Source: Macrostomum hystrix (Eukaryota > Animalia > Platyhelminthes). Taken from it: a DNA stretch of 64,000 bases. The notes under the pieces are model-generated. The model was not told the origin of the DNA. It searched no databases and worked only from the letters and a program-made list of their open reading frames with translations. Positions 35,661-59,028 of the stretch are shown in pieces. The translations under genes were made by a program, and so were the position numbers. The stretch covers positions 62,001-126,000 of the forward strand of contig CATNEN010000033.1 in NCBI GenBank assembly GCA_950097015.1, given 5' to 3'. Positions within the stretch are counted from its first letter, which is position 1. Every line of letters begins with the position of its first letter.

Positions 35661-35812
35661 TCAGATAAATCGTGGAAAATGAAGGTTTTCATAGCATTTT
35701 AGCTGAGACCAAAAAACAAGAGCAGCATTATCATAATGGAGAGAAAATATAATGGCACTAAGAAGGGAGCATTAAGTTCGCACTTTCAAGGGCTTTTAAA
35801 TTCTTGCTAATC

Positions 35813-44009
<8,197 letters not shown>

Positions 44010-44993
44010 GCTTTCTGTGCGTGCATCCATGTTAAATCAGGCTTGCAGTGTAAATAAAAGTGAGTATTCCATACTAGGAAAATGTAAAGTATAAAAATAT
44101 CAATTACTATAAATATTGAGTGTATAACTATCATTAAATCTGAAGCCGAAACTTCTAAAGTATATCATTTAAAGTGCTTAAAGTACTTGGTAACGATATA
44201 ATTTGTCGTAGAAAGGCCAGATTTTTTTATTTTAAAAAGCTACAAAGACACTTTATATAACAAAACAAAAGTAGTAATTTTATTTCAGTATTTAGCTCAG
44301 TATTTAGTATTTGTTTTTAGTATTTAGGGATAAAAATTACTGTGGCAATATCCTAGGAAAAATAAGGCTCGCAAATTAGACGAATGCCTTTGAACCATAA
44401 TGCTAAAAAAACTAAAATACGATCCGTGATGACAAGAAAAGTATTTTATACAACCAATTTGAATAATTTCTTACCCCCATATTATAGCCCAACCATATTG
44501 TTACATATAGTATTCCATAGGTAGGTATGCCTCTTTGCAAGCATGCAACTGCTAAAGTAAACGAGAACGTACTACAACTACACTTCTACTCACTAGTACT
44601 AGTGCATATGTTCTTTGCATGGATTGTCATGCATAGCTAACTTGACTTAGTACGCTCCTCGCTCCGCGCCTCGACGTTTCAGTTCATTTCCGTCCGAACA
44701 GCTGCCAGTCTATATTATGGGTAAGCTGGCTGTCTTGCAACGCGGTTGAAACGCCGTACATTTGTCCGCCGTCACTGTCTATGGTTGAAGCATATTTCAA
44801 TTATATTCAATTCATCACTTAGAGTCACTGTATATTTCAATGCCAACAAACACAAGACCAAACACAACAGGAATGAAATATTAGATCATGGATGTTTAAT
44901 GCGCATTCTAAGGTTAGAAAGTCCGAGGCTGCATATGATGGTCACGAGGCGAGCGAAGCGAGTGAGGAATTCAATAACAGACAATGGAATTAG

Positions 44994-46030
44994 CGTGGTG
45001 ATCGCTATGCCGCTTCTACTTTGAAGGACTTCTTCAGCATGCTGCAATACTATTTGGTAAACGAGTGTGGAAAGCCATGGAGCCTCTGGACGGATATGGA
45101 ATTCAATGAAAGCCGGCGTGCGCTTGATGCTTCAATGAAGCTGAGTACCCGTGAGGGAAAGGGCAGTGGATTGCGACGTGGACGACCTGTTCCACCTAGC
45201 ATCGAGGAGAAGCTCTGGTCTGAAGGTATGCTTGTTGGTAGTGAGAGCCCACGACAACTGCTGAGTGCCGTGATTTGGGGTCTCGAAAACATTTTGCACT
45301 ACGCGGGGGTTCCGAGTTGCGAGACCTACAGTACAATCGACATATCCGGCTAGAAACCGTTGGTGAAGAGGTCTGCTTAGTTTACAGGGACAACACTAGA
45401 TCGAAGACCAACCAGGGTGGTTTGAAGAGCCTTCGAAGAGAACCGAAGATCGTTAGAGCCTTCCACACCGAAGACGATTCTAAGTGCATCGTCTGTCTGT
45501 ATACCGAGTACGTTTCGCGTCGGCCGAGCGAATTTTGCGAGGCTCTTTTCTTGTCATGCAACAGGCAATGGAAACCCGATGGTCGCTCGGAATGGTTTAC
45601 AAGGACTCCGATTGGACGGCATACGTTGGCCGAAACAGTGAAGTCGCTTGTGACGAAGGTGGCTCCGGACGACACTACTCGCTACACTAACCAGTCATTG
45701 CGCAAAACCTGCGCGACTGTTTTACACGATGCTGGTGTACCGCGCCAGGATATCGCACGGCACACGGGCCATAGTAGCTCTGCTCTAGAGCGATACATCG
45801 ATGTTTCGTTGACTCAGCAGAAGCGCTTCAGTACCATTCTGTCCCGTTCTGTCCAGGTGAAGGAAGGCGAAGAGACGCGGTGCGTGAGCACTGCTAGCAC
45901 CTCTGCGGTGGTGGGATCTGGAGACGTCGAGAGGCATCAAGAGGGGCCTGCCAATGGACAGACACTAGCGAAGAAGATGCGTGTGGAGTTGTGCGGTGAG
46001 ACGAATCGTGTAGTTGTCTACTTTGATTGA
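44994..46030 (+). mobile_element. Crypton-type (DUF3504-like) tyrosine recombinase, frameshifted
   Basis: Y..STL, EEKLW, SPRQLL, then a frameshift near 45285, then FALRGG.E, SKTNQGGL, C.V.LY..Y..RRP, TNQSLR, TGHSS and RY. Confidence 0.8.
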
Positions 46031-46382
46031 GCTGCTTTATGACCCATTCACTAACTTTAAACGGAAAAGTTGGTGTTATTTATTTGTTCATAACATTGTA
46101 ATCTGTTGTCTACAATATTATTATTATAAACATAGACAAAATAGAATAAAAAATCGTTATTCGTGCGTCTAATTTTTTTGGATCGTTTATTTGGCTCGGG
46201 CCAAATAAACGACTTTAACATTGGACCATAGATTTATTTGGAGCGACCAAAAGGTATAAAATAAGCAGTCGGATTTTATACACGAAGTAAACGAAATAAT
46301 TCAGTAAATAACGCTTGGAAGCTCAAAATGATATTTGGCTGGAGAGTTTATCAATAGTTACCTCAATAGTTACATCTGTCAG

Positions 46383-47090
46383 TTAGCGTGGTCTAATATT
46401 GAATGTGCAATTCTCAAATTTGCAGTTCTCAAAAACGCTCGCCTGGTTGGCACCAATCGATACGCCCTGGTTAGCTACAATTGACCCAGGCATGCCCAAC
46501 GCAGTCGTATTTTGTTGCAGTACGATGCATCCAGCAGTCGAACTTGTTCCCGCGTTGCTGACGCTCTGACCAGCCGATGCCAGTGTTTGTTCCGCAGTGC
46601 CAGAGAGTCGCCCACTGATTGCTCGGGATAGGTTGACTTTTTTGGAGAACTTAAATCTCTTGTTGTAATGTTCAACACTCTCCGCTCGTTTGTGACCGGT
46701 CACGGCTTGAATCTCGGAAACACTGACGCCTCCTCCATCAAATTGGTTACAACGGAGGCGCGTATGCAATGATTGGTGTGCGCACGATTGCTCAGTCCCG
46801 CCAGCTCGCACAATTTCTTCATAAACTCATTTACCCAGTGTTTGCCGAGTACAGGGCTCTTGTGATACCAGAAACCTTCCATGGAAAACCCTCGTTCCAG
46901 CGGTTTAGGCCACAGACAACCGACGTCATCTGGTATTTTTGCCAGGTACATCTCCATCGCACGAACCGGACACGTATTCGGGTCAGTCGGCTTTTCTTCC
47001 AAAAAGATCGTCTTTCGAGTTGTTGGGTTGTCCGCCGTTACTGTCTTCTCAATGCCATTCTTCACCAAGTCGATATATCGAACTCCATCG
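46383..47090 (-). mobile_element. Second Crypton-type tyrosine recombinase, 5'-truncated and frameshifted
   Basis: CPVRAMEMYLAK, WY..SPVLG, TNHCIRAS, then a frameshift near 46733, then IQAVTGHKRAESVEHY. Confidence 0.75.
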
Positions 47091-47690
47091 CATTACAAAA
47101 TACAACTGCTTTGGGCATGCCTAGGTCACTAGTAGCAAACCAGGGCGTATCGATTGGTGCCAAGCAGGCAAGCATTTTTGAGAACTGCAAATTTGACAAT
47201 TGCACATTCAACATTACATCACGCTAACAGACAGATGTGTCGTGGATTGCAGTTTATAACTACGACCTTGTATTTGAAGTAACAATTAATGAACTATCCA
47301 ATGGGCCGCCCGCCCGCTGTGCATATCTATGGAATTCGACCACAGACAACAGCAGAGGGTGGGCTGCCGTTAGTTTCAACCTCCTTTCAACATGCGTAGG
47401 CTCTACAAATAAGTGAAAAAATCGCTTTGACCATAGACAATGACGGCGGACAAATGTGGAGCGTTTCAACCCAGGCAGCCTGCCCATAATCCTGAATATA
47501 AGCAGAGTGCTTTATATTATACGTAGTATATTAGCTTTATGCTACATGGTATTTAGACGAGTATAAGTCTTTGTCTTTGACCAAACCACTAAAACCAGGA
47601 CCCGACCTCTTTCCTAAAACATTTTAACTCCACTCGGTCACGTTAACATTTGCGTATTGCAGAGTAGAGAGCGAAGTGAGCGAGCGATTA

Positions 47691-47805
47691 CCATATTTGG
47701 TAATCAGCGCGCCCGCGGCCCGCGCTCAAACCCCCATTCCCGGGGTGAGGAAGTCTAAATTTGGAAATTCTCTCTGTGAGGCTAGGACATGATTGCCATA
47801 TTTGG
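47691..47805. promoter_or_regulatory. Two CArG boxes (SRF sites) upstream of actin
   Basis: CCATATTTGG at 47691-47700 and 47796-47805 fits CC(A/T)6GG. A near-match CTAAATTTGG lies between them. Confidence 0.7.
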
Positions 47806-47911
47806 AAGTGCAAGTTTCTCGTCTCTAAAACCAGACTATATCAGCCGAATAAAAATACATTAGTAGTCACGCTGTCTAACTTAGCTCAGTTATATTTTCA
47901 ACTTTAAGTAA

Positions 47912-49152
<1,241 letters not shown>

Positions 49153-51349
49153 AAGCAGATTTCGAGAACAAGAATTTTTTGTGACAGTTTAGTCGTGAAA
49201 TGATATGCCACATTTGGGACAATTTTTCTACAAAATTGCAATTCGTGCAATAATAAACAGATTGGGATCAACGTGAAGCTGTAAGTGTGACTGCTAACTG
49301 TTACCAAATATTCCCTTGCCCTCCAGAGAATCTCTTCAACTCTGGCAGATTTTTGCACAATTCATCAGCTGGCAAATAAATATTTTACAATTCTTGTCCA
49401 TAAATTATTATAAACATCTTGTTTGTTACTTGTTTATTACTCCAGTGCGACGAAGACTATGATTAAAAAGAAGATAATAAAAAGTGTAAAAATATAGTCT
49501 TGTTAATTCTATTGTTAATGTTTGTGACACCATTTAAAACAGCCTTTTTTGCTTTTAAATAAGCCATATAAGACCGGTCATCAGCGACCTAAAGCAGATC
49601 CTATATTAATAAATGAAATAATATACGTCAAAATTAAATTTGACGTACTGTGGGGTTGGGTTCTCCAATCCACAGGTGCCTACTTAAAGTAGATACAGAT
49701 CTTTAAAAAGATAAAAGAATGAAATGATAAAATTGATGGCTTTAGGAAGTGAAACAAAGACTACACGATACACACGTCCTTGTATAATACACTATAAATT
49801 TAGCGACGTGAAAGATGTAAGGATGTTTAATTGGTCTTCTAATTGGTTAGAGCTGAAAGTCAAATTTTGAGGAATATGAAGTTTATGGCGATTATGACCT
49901 GTGGGGGAAGTGATATCCAATGGTTTGGGATGATGTGAAATAACATGTGAATTTGGGATTATGGAACACCCTCTTCAATCCAAAAATAAATATATAAAAG
50001 ACGAAGGGATGGAAAGCGGCCATCGATTTATGGATTTAACTTTTGTGGTAAAAATGAAGTATGATTTTGTCTGAATTGATTGGATTATGCCAAAGTACAT
50101 TTTAGGAATGGAATCACGACAAAAATTCTGATCCCGCGCGCTGTGAATCTGTTAACAGTAATTTCAGATCCGAATTACAAAATATCCCAGGATCCCAGCC
50201 ATAATTTTATTCCCCAATTCTGACCACGAAAGTTTTGGTCTTTCAGACTCTCTGACCCTTATAACTTAGGTAAATCTTTGACACACATTTATACCATTTG
50301 CATGCAGTCCAATAACGACTTAAGGCAAATTTTTACCAATTATAATGCCTTAGAAATATATCTATCATGTTTTTAATACGGTTTAACTGTAGGTATATCC
50401 CACTATCTCTCAGTAAAGCTGTACCTTTAACTTTTATGAGCACTTCCATTCGAAACACTTTATGTATTCGTACTTAATCGAGCAACATGCAGTATATTTA
50501 ATCAAGACCTGAATAACTTAAACAGAAATAAACATTGGATTTGTAAATGTTACTGAAAGTAGCAACAGACGCAAGTAAGTAGAAAGGTTAGAATTTACTG
50601 ACACTTATGATGGATGATGTAATGTTGTAAAACGTAGGAAACTCTGAAAGTGCAAAAAGTATTTATATTTGATTTTTAAGCCATTATACTCGTATTCAAT
50701 GAGGTAACACTAATATAACATTTTATTCAAAGACTATATAAACGAAATCCAGTCACAAGATATAACGCTTGTTACCATCGGAATGTTTGATTGCTACCAT
50801 ACCATAAAATTTATTTCTAACCCAAACCTCTGAGACAGGACACCTGAACCTGTCAGATTAGACAAACAAACATGTTTAGACAGAACACCCGAACAGTTAG
50901 ACAGTACATCCGTCTGTTTAGAACCTATAAAGCCTTGCAAAAACCAAATTCCTTTTCGAAAAGGCGTGCAGCAGAATTCGCAGCAGAGGCTAAGCTCAGT
51001 TCGGGTAGATCTTCTAGCCCTGCTAATATCATAGCAGCACTTCCGCTGTTTAAATTAGTCACTGCGTTTAATATAACCTAACTCGCAACTGTATGTCACG
51101 TGCAACGTGTAAAATGTAAAAAAGTTACTGGACCCGTTAGAAAAGGTCAATTATTTTAATTGCTGACGCTGCAAGTGCATCTGCGTGAAGCAACAAAAAA
51201 TAAACATTTTTCTGTAGCCGAAATAGAAGTTTCGCTTGACTGATCGTATCATGTTTTTTTCCTGCAGAATTAGTACTGTTCTTTCAAACGGGTTACCTTC
51301 CAAATGATTGACAGGCATCCTTCTTTAACTGATGTCGATACTGTTTAGG

Positions 51350-52020
51350 CGGTTATCCTCTCAAGATTGCTTCAGCGTGCTGGGCTTTGCCAATGACCTT
51401 CTTCCATTTCCATTCCTCGCCCTCGCCACAGAGGTGAAATGTTAACGCCGATGGTGGCCTGATAGGCTCGCAGAGATGGGCAGCGGTCGGCACGCAGTTG
51501 GCATAAAATCCGCTTTTGTCGCCGGGTGAGCTCCTTCGCCGGTGGCGGTGGAAGACGGCCCGCGGTGCACGCAGCATGCCAAGCCAGCGAGCTAGCGCAG
51601 GCCGTCAAAGCAGCAGCCGCGCTGTTCTTTTCTTGCCAGCGACAGAGGCTGTTGCGGCGGATGGCAGATCTTGCCGCCGAAAGCGGGATAGGCGCGGCGT
51701 CCTGCTCAAGCCGCTTGGCGATCTCGTCGACGGCCTCGTTCCCGGGGATGACCGGGCACCCACTGCAGATGAACTTGGGCCCCGGCGGCGGCTAGGGCTG
51801 CGAGGTTGGCCCAGATTCTGCCGGCTGTAGTGGTGCTAGTAGAGCCAGGGCCAGACTCGAGCGCAGCCAGGGCGCTCAAGGAGTCGGAGCAGATCCCCAC
51901 CGGTGAGAGTTCAGCGGGGTCCGGGACCGCAAGCGTCCACCTGAGGGCCTCAGCAATAGCCACCAGCTCGGCGTGGTAGCTGGACGTCACGCGGCCAGCT
52001 GGGACGCAGATGCCGATAAC
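51350..52020 (-). mobile_element. 3' fragment of an RNase H-bearing non-LTR retrotransposon (I/R1/Loa-like)
   Basis: AELVAIAEAL, ICSDSLSAL, QWVPGH, then a frameshift, then GNEAVDEIAK, followed by LTRRQ..ILCQLR and a degenerate CGEGEE. Confidence 0.75.
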
Positions 52021-52129
52021 CTCACCCTCCTGTCTTTATCGTTTAAAAAAACAAGCGTCGGCCTAGTCGGCTAAAGACCGCGCGGTGACACGCAGGACGA
52101 CAATCCAGCGAACTTGACATGCCGCGGTG

Positions 52130-52560
52130 GCACACTCGCTCGTTGTCGCAGGAGACCGTCCTGCTGTACAATATCGACACTTGGTCACGGACAGCTACAC
52201 TGGAGCGGCAGCTTGACTCAGTGTCAGTGCACTCAGAGCTGCTTCACGCACGTGGCCTTCGAAGCAGTCGAGAGCGTCGGAAATGATGCCCTGTACGAGA
52301 GAGGACCCAGCTGCAACGCCCATCCAGTATTGGCGAAGGCGGAGGCTTTAACTATCGAGCTACTTGTGTGATCCGGGCGAGAGCTACTGCCCATCGTCTG
52401 CACAGGACGTCCTGCTTCTCGTGTTGCAGTGTCCGCTCAGACGGGGACAGGCTCGACCTCGTAGATACGGACTGCATTTTCTGTGACGCCAAAGCGCCTG
52501 ACTGCCAACCGGGGGGGACTATGCACCCTCTCTGGAACAGAAGCGCGCTGACGCTGACTC
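52130..52560 (+). mobile_element. Degenerate 3' fragment of an RTE-type LINE
   Basis: ETVLLYNIDTWSRTATLERQLD, NDALY and QDVLLL...RRGQAR pieces across frames resemble the RTE ORF2 C-terminus. Confidence 0.55.
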
Positions 52561-53939
52561 GTTTTCCTTTGAGGGTAGTTCTTCTCTCTGAGTACGCTTA
52601 GTTGGTCTAACAGGATAGACAGCAACCTGGTTAAAACGCAAGCTATCGGTCTTGCTTGACAGCAACCTGTTTAACGACAGTTCAGCCAAAAATCAATTTT
52701 GTAGAGAGACTTGAAGACGTGATAAAAGAAGACATTTTTCCGACAGTATAGGACGAAGTGAGTTCGCTTTCATTCGGCTTTAAATAAAAAAGCAATACTT
52801 CATTTTTCCTGTACACTTCGCTCACATTTCTCATCCATAATAACAGCTACGAAGTATATGCATCTCAAGCCAAGCCAGCTCGTCATTAATGAATTCTGGG
52901 ATATCATTCAGAACAATCACCCGAACGCATCATTTTCCCATTTAGCCTTATACTTTTACAGCTGGATTTCGGCAAGATAAAAAGCCGTGATATGGAGATT
53001 GGAGTTCAAAATGTGGGCCTTATGTGCTAAAATGACGAACTCCGAACAAGGTTATACTCATATGCGAAAGGCCAACTGGATTCCTGTAAGGCTGTTTTGA
53101 TTTGCACTTTGCACTCTACACGAGACCCGCAAAAAATTGGCTTTTTAGTTTAGCCTTATATATGTACTCGTAGTTTGTCAGTCACAATCTTCTGGTTCTG
53201 TCTGCCTATTCTGTCCTCTGGTGCCTTGAAGTGTGTGTGTGTGTGTGTGTGTGTGCAGATACAGAAAAAAATTCTTTCTGTGCTTAATCTGACCAGATCC
53301 AGACCAGAAGAAAGCAGATCCAGAGCCCGGCAGAGTGCACAAGTGAAAGAGGGCCCTAGACAGGAAACTCTTGCGCAGAGGGGTAGAGTATCAAGTCACA
53401 TTAGTGGCCCTAGCAACCTCAACCGCCGCGTCTGTACAATAGTCGCGCGCGTGTTTGTGTGCGCTTTCACCAAAAACCAGCGAACCCTCACAACAGACCG
53501 TACCAACCAAGAGAGGAGGACCTTTGTGACTCTCTTACCCTGTTCTATCCCACTAGATCTCTGCAGTTGTGTGTATTTTTCCCCAAATCCATTTTGCACT
53601 CTCGTCCTCCCATTGGTTATGAGGGAGTTTAGCTTCCAGGCCATTGCTACAATATTAGGACAATTTTCTCTGTCCTTGTTCAAAGCATAAAGCACCCAAC
53701 ACGCAGCGATCCGCAGACACTGTTTGCTGTAGCCAACGGCTAATCCGACAGAAGTGAATAGCAAGCACAAAATACCAACGTAAACTGTTCATGCGCTTAG
53801 ATTTTTAACTTGAGCTAAGGACAACTTCAGTACAGAGCCTATTTTAAATCTTGACTGTAAACAATGACTGCCGCCTGCTGCTTAGCTCATTGTTGCTCGT
53901 AACTGAGCAGTATAGCTAGTCAATCTTGAGTCAATCTCA

Positions 53940-55758
53940 ATGCTGGCTGCGTCAACAGCCGCTGCAGGCACCAATGGCACTGTCGGCACTACAGATCTAC
54001 CAGCTGTTCATCAGCTGCAGGTGAGAATCCTGTGTGCTCAAGAAGCCTGAAGTATTGGGTTTAGGTGCTGCCCCTCCTGCCTGAAGAATTGGGGTCAGAC
54101 ACTGTCCGTCCTGCCTGAAGAATTGGGGTCAGACACTGTCCGTCCTGCCTGAAGAATTGGGGTCAGACACTGTCCGTCCTGCCTGAAGAATTGGGGTCAG
54201 ACACTGTCCGTCCTGCCTGAAGAATTGGGGTCAGACACTATCCGTCCTGCCTGAAGAATTGGGGTCAGACACTGTCCGTCCTGCCTGAAGAATTGGGGTC
54301 AGACACTGTCCGTCCTGCCTGAAGAATTGGGGTCAGACACTATTCCTCCTGCCTGAAGCATTGGGGTCAGACACTGTTCCTCCTACCTGAAGCATTGGGG
54401 TCAGACACTGTTCCTCCTGCCTGGAGAATTGTGATCAGACACTGCCCCTCCCACCTGAAGTATTGGGATCAGACTCTGTCCCTCCTGCCTGAAATATTGG
54501 GATCAGACGCTGTCCCTCCTGCCTGAAATATTGGGATCAGACGCTGTCCCTCCTGCCTGAAGTATTGTGACCAGGTCTGAAGTTTGTGAGGCCAGACACT
54601 CAATGCAGTTTCCATCCCAACACTCATTCAGATTAGTATCTCACTTCGCTGAAACCGAAATCATTGTATCTGCCAGGGTCAGCGGAAATCGTTTTCATAA
54701 TTATTTTTGTATTAGCCCAAATAGCTGAAATAAACATTTTCCGATCCCACAAGCTTTTGCTGAAATGCTCAGTCAGAACTAAAGGCAGAGAGGGAAATTT
54801 GGGGGAAAAGCTAGCTACTAATTTCGATAATTGAATGCAATCACACCTATCCTAAAACAGGATTATTTAATTAAATTAGGAAGGCACTTCATGGTTCGCT
54901 GAAATTCCCCGGTAATTATTAGACTCAGAGGCAGATCCTAGGGGTGGGAATAGCGGGTCGCGGGACTTTGGAAAATTTGTGTGACATCAGACAGTGGAGC
55001 TATTAGAAGGTGGTGAGATAAGATGGTGGAGAGATGAGACAGAGGAGAGATGAGACAGGGAGAGATGAGACAGGGGGAGATGAGACAGGGGAGAGATGAG
55101 ACAGAGGAGAGATGAGACATGGAAGAGATGAGACAGGGGGATATTAGCTAAACTAATCAGTTCTCTCTATTTCCAGCCCAAGAGTACAGCTTCTGTCCTT
55201 CAGCTGAGCAGTATGCGGGACCACTGCCCAGCCTACATCAACTTCCAGCCGCTGCACGGCCAGGTCATAGCGACATCGTCTCAGTCGATTAGCCGTTATC
55301 GCGAGTACGCCAATCTCGAAACAAATCCGCAGCAGCAGCAGCAGCAGCAGCAAAAGCGGCCCTGTGAAGCTTCACAGAACCCGTCAATGGCGGCGGAGCT
55401 GAGCAACCCACGGCTGAACTACATGGAGCTTGACTTTACCAGCGGGCGCGGCACAGTGCCGCTCGACAGGGACTTCAGCCGCTGCTGCCCGAAGCCGCCT
55501 TTGGCCTACGTCGAGCTCGACTTCCGAGCCATGTCGGCGCTAGCGGCGACGGCTCAGGCAGAGCGTGAACTGCCGGCCGCTTCCAGGATCGCCTGCGGCG
55601 GTCATCGGGTTCATCTGGACCGGCCGGCGAGCGAGCCGCCAGTCTCTAGCAAAGTGTCCTCTCTTGGTCGGCTCCGTGCGTCTTTCGCCAAGTCGCTGAC
55701 GCGGTTCAGCCTGCGGCGGCGGCCAAGCAACAAGGCATCGGGAGCGTCGCACAACTAA
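53940..55758 (+). CDS. Tyrosine-motif docking/adaptor protein tail (FRS2/Gab/IRS-like)
   Basis: Exon 53940 (or 53916)-54020 splices in frame to 55177-55758. Motifs YINF, YANL, LNYMELDF and LAYVELDF. No PTB/PH domain was found in the window. Confidence 0.6.
54070..54570. repeat. 34-bp minisatellite (CCTGCCTGAAGAATTGGGGTCAGACACTGTCCGT) in the adaptor intron
   Basis: About 14 units, degenerating rightwards. A GAGATGAGACAGGG patch follows at 55015-55140. Confidence 0.92.
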
Positions 55759-56754
55759 GCAGCTGTTGGCTGAGCAGTTTGACGACTCCTATTTAGCAAT
55801 ACAATTTGCTGTATGTCGAGCCCGTAGTTCAAATCTGGTGTTTCTCTATTGTTGTTTTTTGATAAATTGTCTGTTTTGTTTTATTTTTTTGCATCTGGAC
55901 TCGATCACCATCTTCGTCCTCTTGCCTAGAAGTAAGTTTTGCGTATTTAATGTAATGCAAGTAAGCCATAGATGCACTATTAACTGTCAATGTTTATTGT
56001 TTATTGCCTTTTCAGATAGTTCTACCTCTCATCCTTATTCCCAAACGTTATGACATCTCAAAAAATTGGTACGATTGTTTTATCTAGAAGTTTTTTATCT
56101 GAGCTTGCCGCCCACGGCAGTAAATTTTATTCGATTCGAATACCAGGTGCAGTAACTAGGGTGCCCAGATCTGTTTGCCCAGACCGACCCCTGCCGCAAC
56201 AGATGCGAACTGGGCAGTGCAAATATCCCACTATCAGATTATATTGGGAGCGGCGTGCTCCAGTTGAAGGTGCCGACCATGGTAAACAGTCCCGCCAAAG
56301 ATCGCTCGAACTGGGAAGGTCAGATTCAGGGCCAGGGGCTGACGTTACCGAATGCGAGCTCACAGTCCCCACGGAGATTGCCCAGCAGCAGTTTGAGTCT
56401 TTTCATTTTGTCATTTCCTGCGGCTGTGGCAGATGGGCAAACAGATTTATATTATTAGCATCGCGTTATACAGCCAGTTGAATGACTGATTTGTGTATTG
56501 TTCAGTTGTCGATTTATTTTTTTCTATTGTCTATTTACCTGCCTTTTTGATTGTGAATATTTTTCTTTTTTTAACTGGCAGCCTAATAAAAGTGTCGCTG
56601 TATATTTTTACTGCCAGCAATATGCATTGGAATTCAGCCCAAACTGCTATTCTGTCTTACCAATGGGATACACTAGTACTGAATTTAGGACCAAATATAA
56701 AACTATTTAAAGCTTTGGCGTTCCGATTCATTTCATTCATATATTGAAAAAGTA

Positions 56755-57553
<799 letters not shown>

Positions 57554-58309
57554 CGGCAGCGATAGCAATTGGGTCATCATAATGGATTAGCTTGGGTGTC
57601 GAAGTGGTCCCAACTTAAGCTCTGGTTGGACACATTTATTGCGGTCAAATTTACTCTCCTTTGAACTGCCGCTGCCGATAGATGCCATAAAAAATTGTTT
57701 GTTGCAGCAATAGCACTTTTAGTGCTTATGCACCAAAGCATGCTTGATACTTTATTGATTGAATGCTGCTACTGTGCTCAGGATGTCAACAGAAGGCTCC
57801 TCACATTAGTATTAACTAATCCAGTACATTACAGCTATTGTAGAACAATTTACTCAACACGCGACAGTCCATGCTACTGCTAGCAGACGAAGCCGCGTTC
57901 TGCTTATTAGAAAAACCGAATTCTGAAGGCGAATTAAAAACTGTTGGGCATTACACAAAATAGCAAGAAAAGTAGTATATTAATCAGTATGTGTATTTTT
58001 TATATTAAATATTCTTTTTTATAATTTTCTGCAAATCGGAAATAACTATTTTTTCTTTTTGACAAGGTCTTCACAAGCACGACTAATAATGAGAGTGCAC
58101 TTGTCTTCTTACAAAAAATAAATTCGTACGATATAGGGCAATTCATTAGTGACCTGACTAAAGGAATTTGTTTAAGACTATAAGTAGGATTTCAGGTAGA
58201 ATGAATTAAACTAATTGATCGGGCAAGACTTGTTTGTACTCGTAAATTTTTCATAGTCACTTAGAACAACAAAGTGCCACGCGCAAAAGGAAAAATATTT
58301 TTCTTGACC

Positions 58310-58602
58310 TTTATCAGCAACCTTACGGCATCATCGGCAACCTCATCAGCAACCTTACAGAATCATCAGCAACCTCATCAGCAACCTTACAGAATCATCA
58401 GCAACCTTATCAGCAACCTTACGGCATCATCGGCAACCTCATCAGCAACCTTACAGAATCATCAGCAACCTTATCAGCAACCTTACAGAATCATCAGCAA
58501 CCTCATCAGCAACCTTACAGAATCATCAGCAACCTCATCAGCAACCTTACAGAATCATCAGCAACCTCATCAGCAACCTTACAGAATCATCAGCAACCTT
58601 AT
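58310..58602. repeat. 32-bp minisatellite (ATCAGCAACCTTACAGAATCATCAGCAACCTC)
   Basis: About 9 units. Confidence 0.9.
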
Positions 58603-59028
58603 CATACCTTTCAGCCTCGATAGAAGACTTAACAGTTTTGGCAGAACCTTATACACATTTAGTGAGTAAAAATTCAATATCTTTAGGCCGTAAAGTTATT
58701 GCAACGAAAGAAATGATAAGCAGAAGAGTATAACAATAGAAAACGTCTAAATCGCCCAGTTTTATGTGGCAGCACCGCTGTTAGTTTAGCTTAAAAGTAA
58801 TAGCCGTCAAGACCAGATATGCATTTGTATGTACGAGCGTATAAGAGAGGGAAATAATAAAAAAGGCACACCTTTAGTAAAGCAGGTGTGCCAGTACTGC
58901 AAGAAGGCTAAGGCAATAAAATACCCGCTTCGTTGACTCTAGAGATCGCCTTTTGCCGAAAACTAAATTGTTTTCTAAATAAGCTGCGCAACTCTTATGT
59001 ACATAATAATGTGAATGGCAGCAACCAA

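Noticed and set aside
49480-50800. Possible very old CR1/L2 LINE remnant on the - strand
   Set aside because: Only faint motif echoes with many stops; not supportable without a search.
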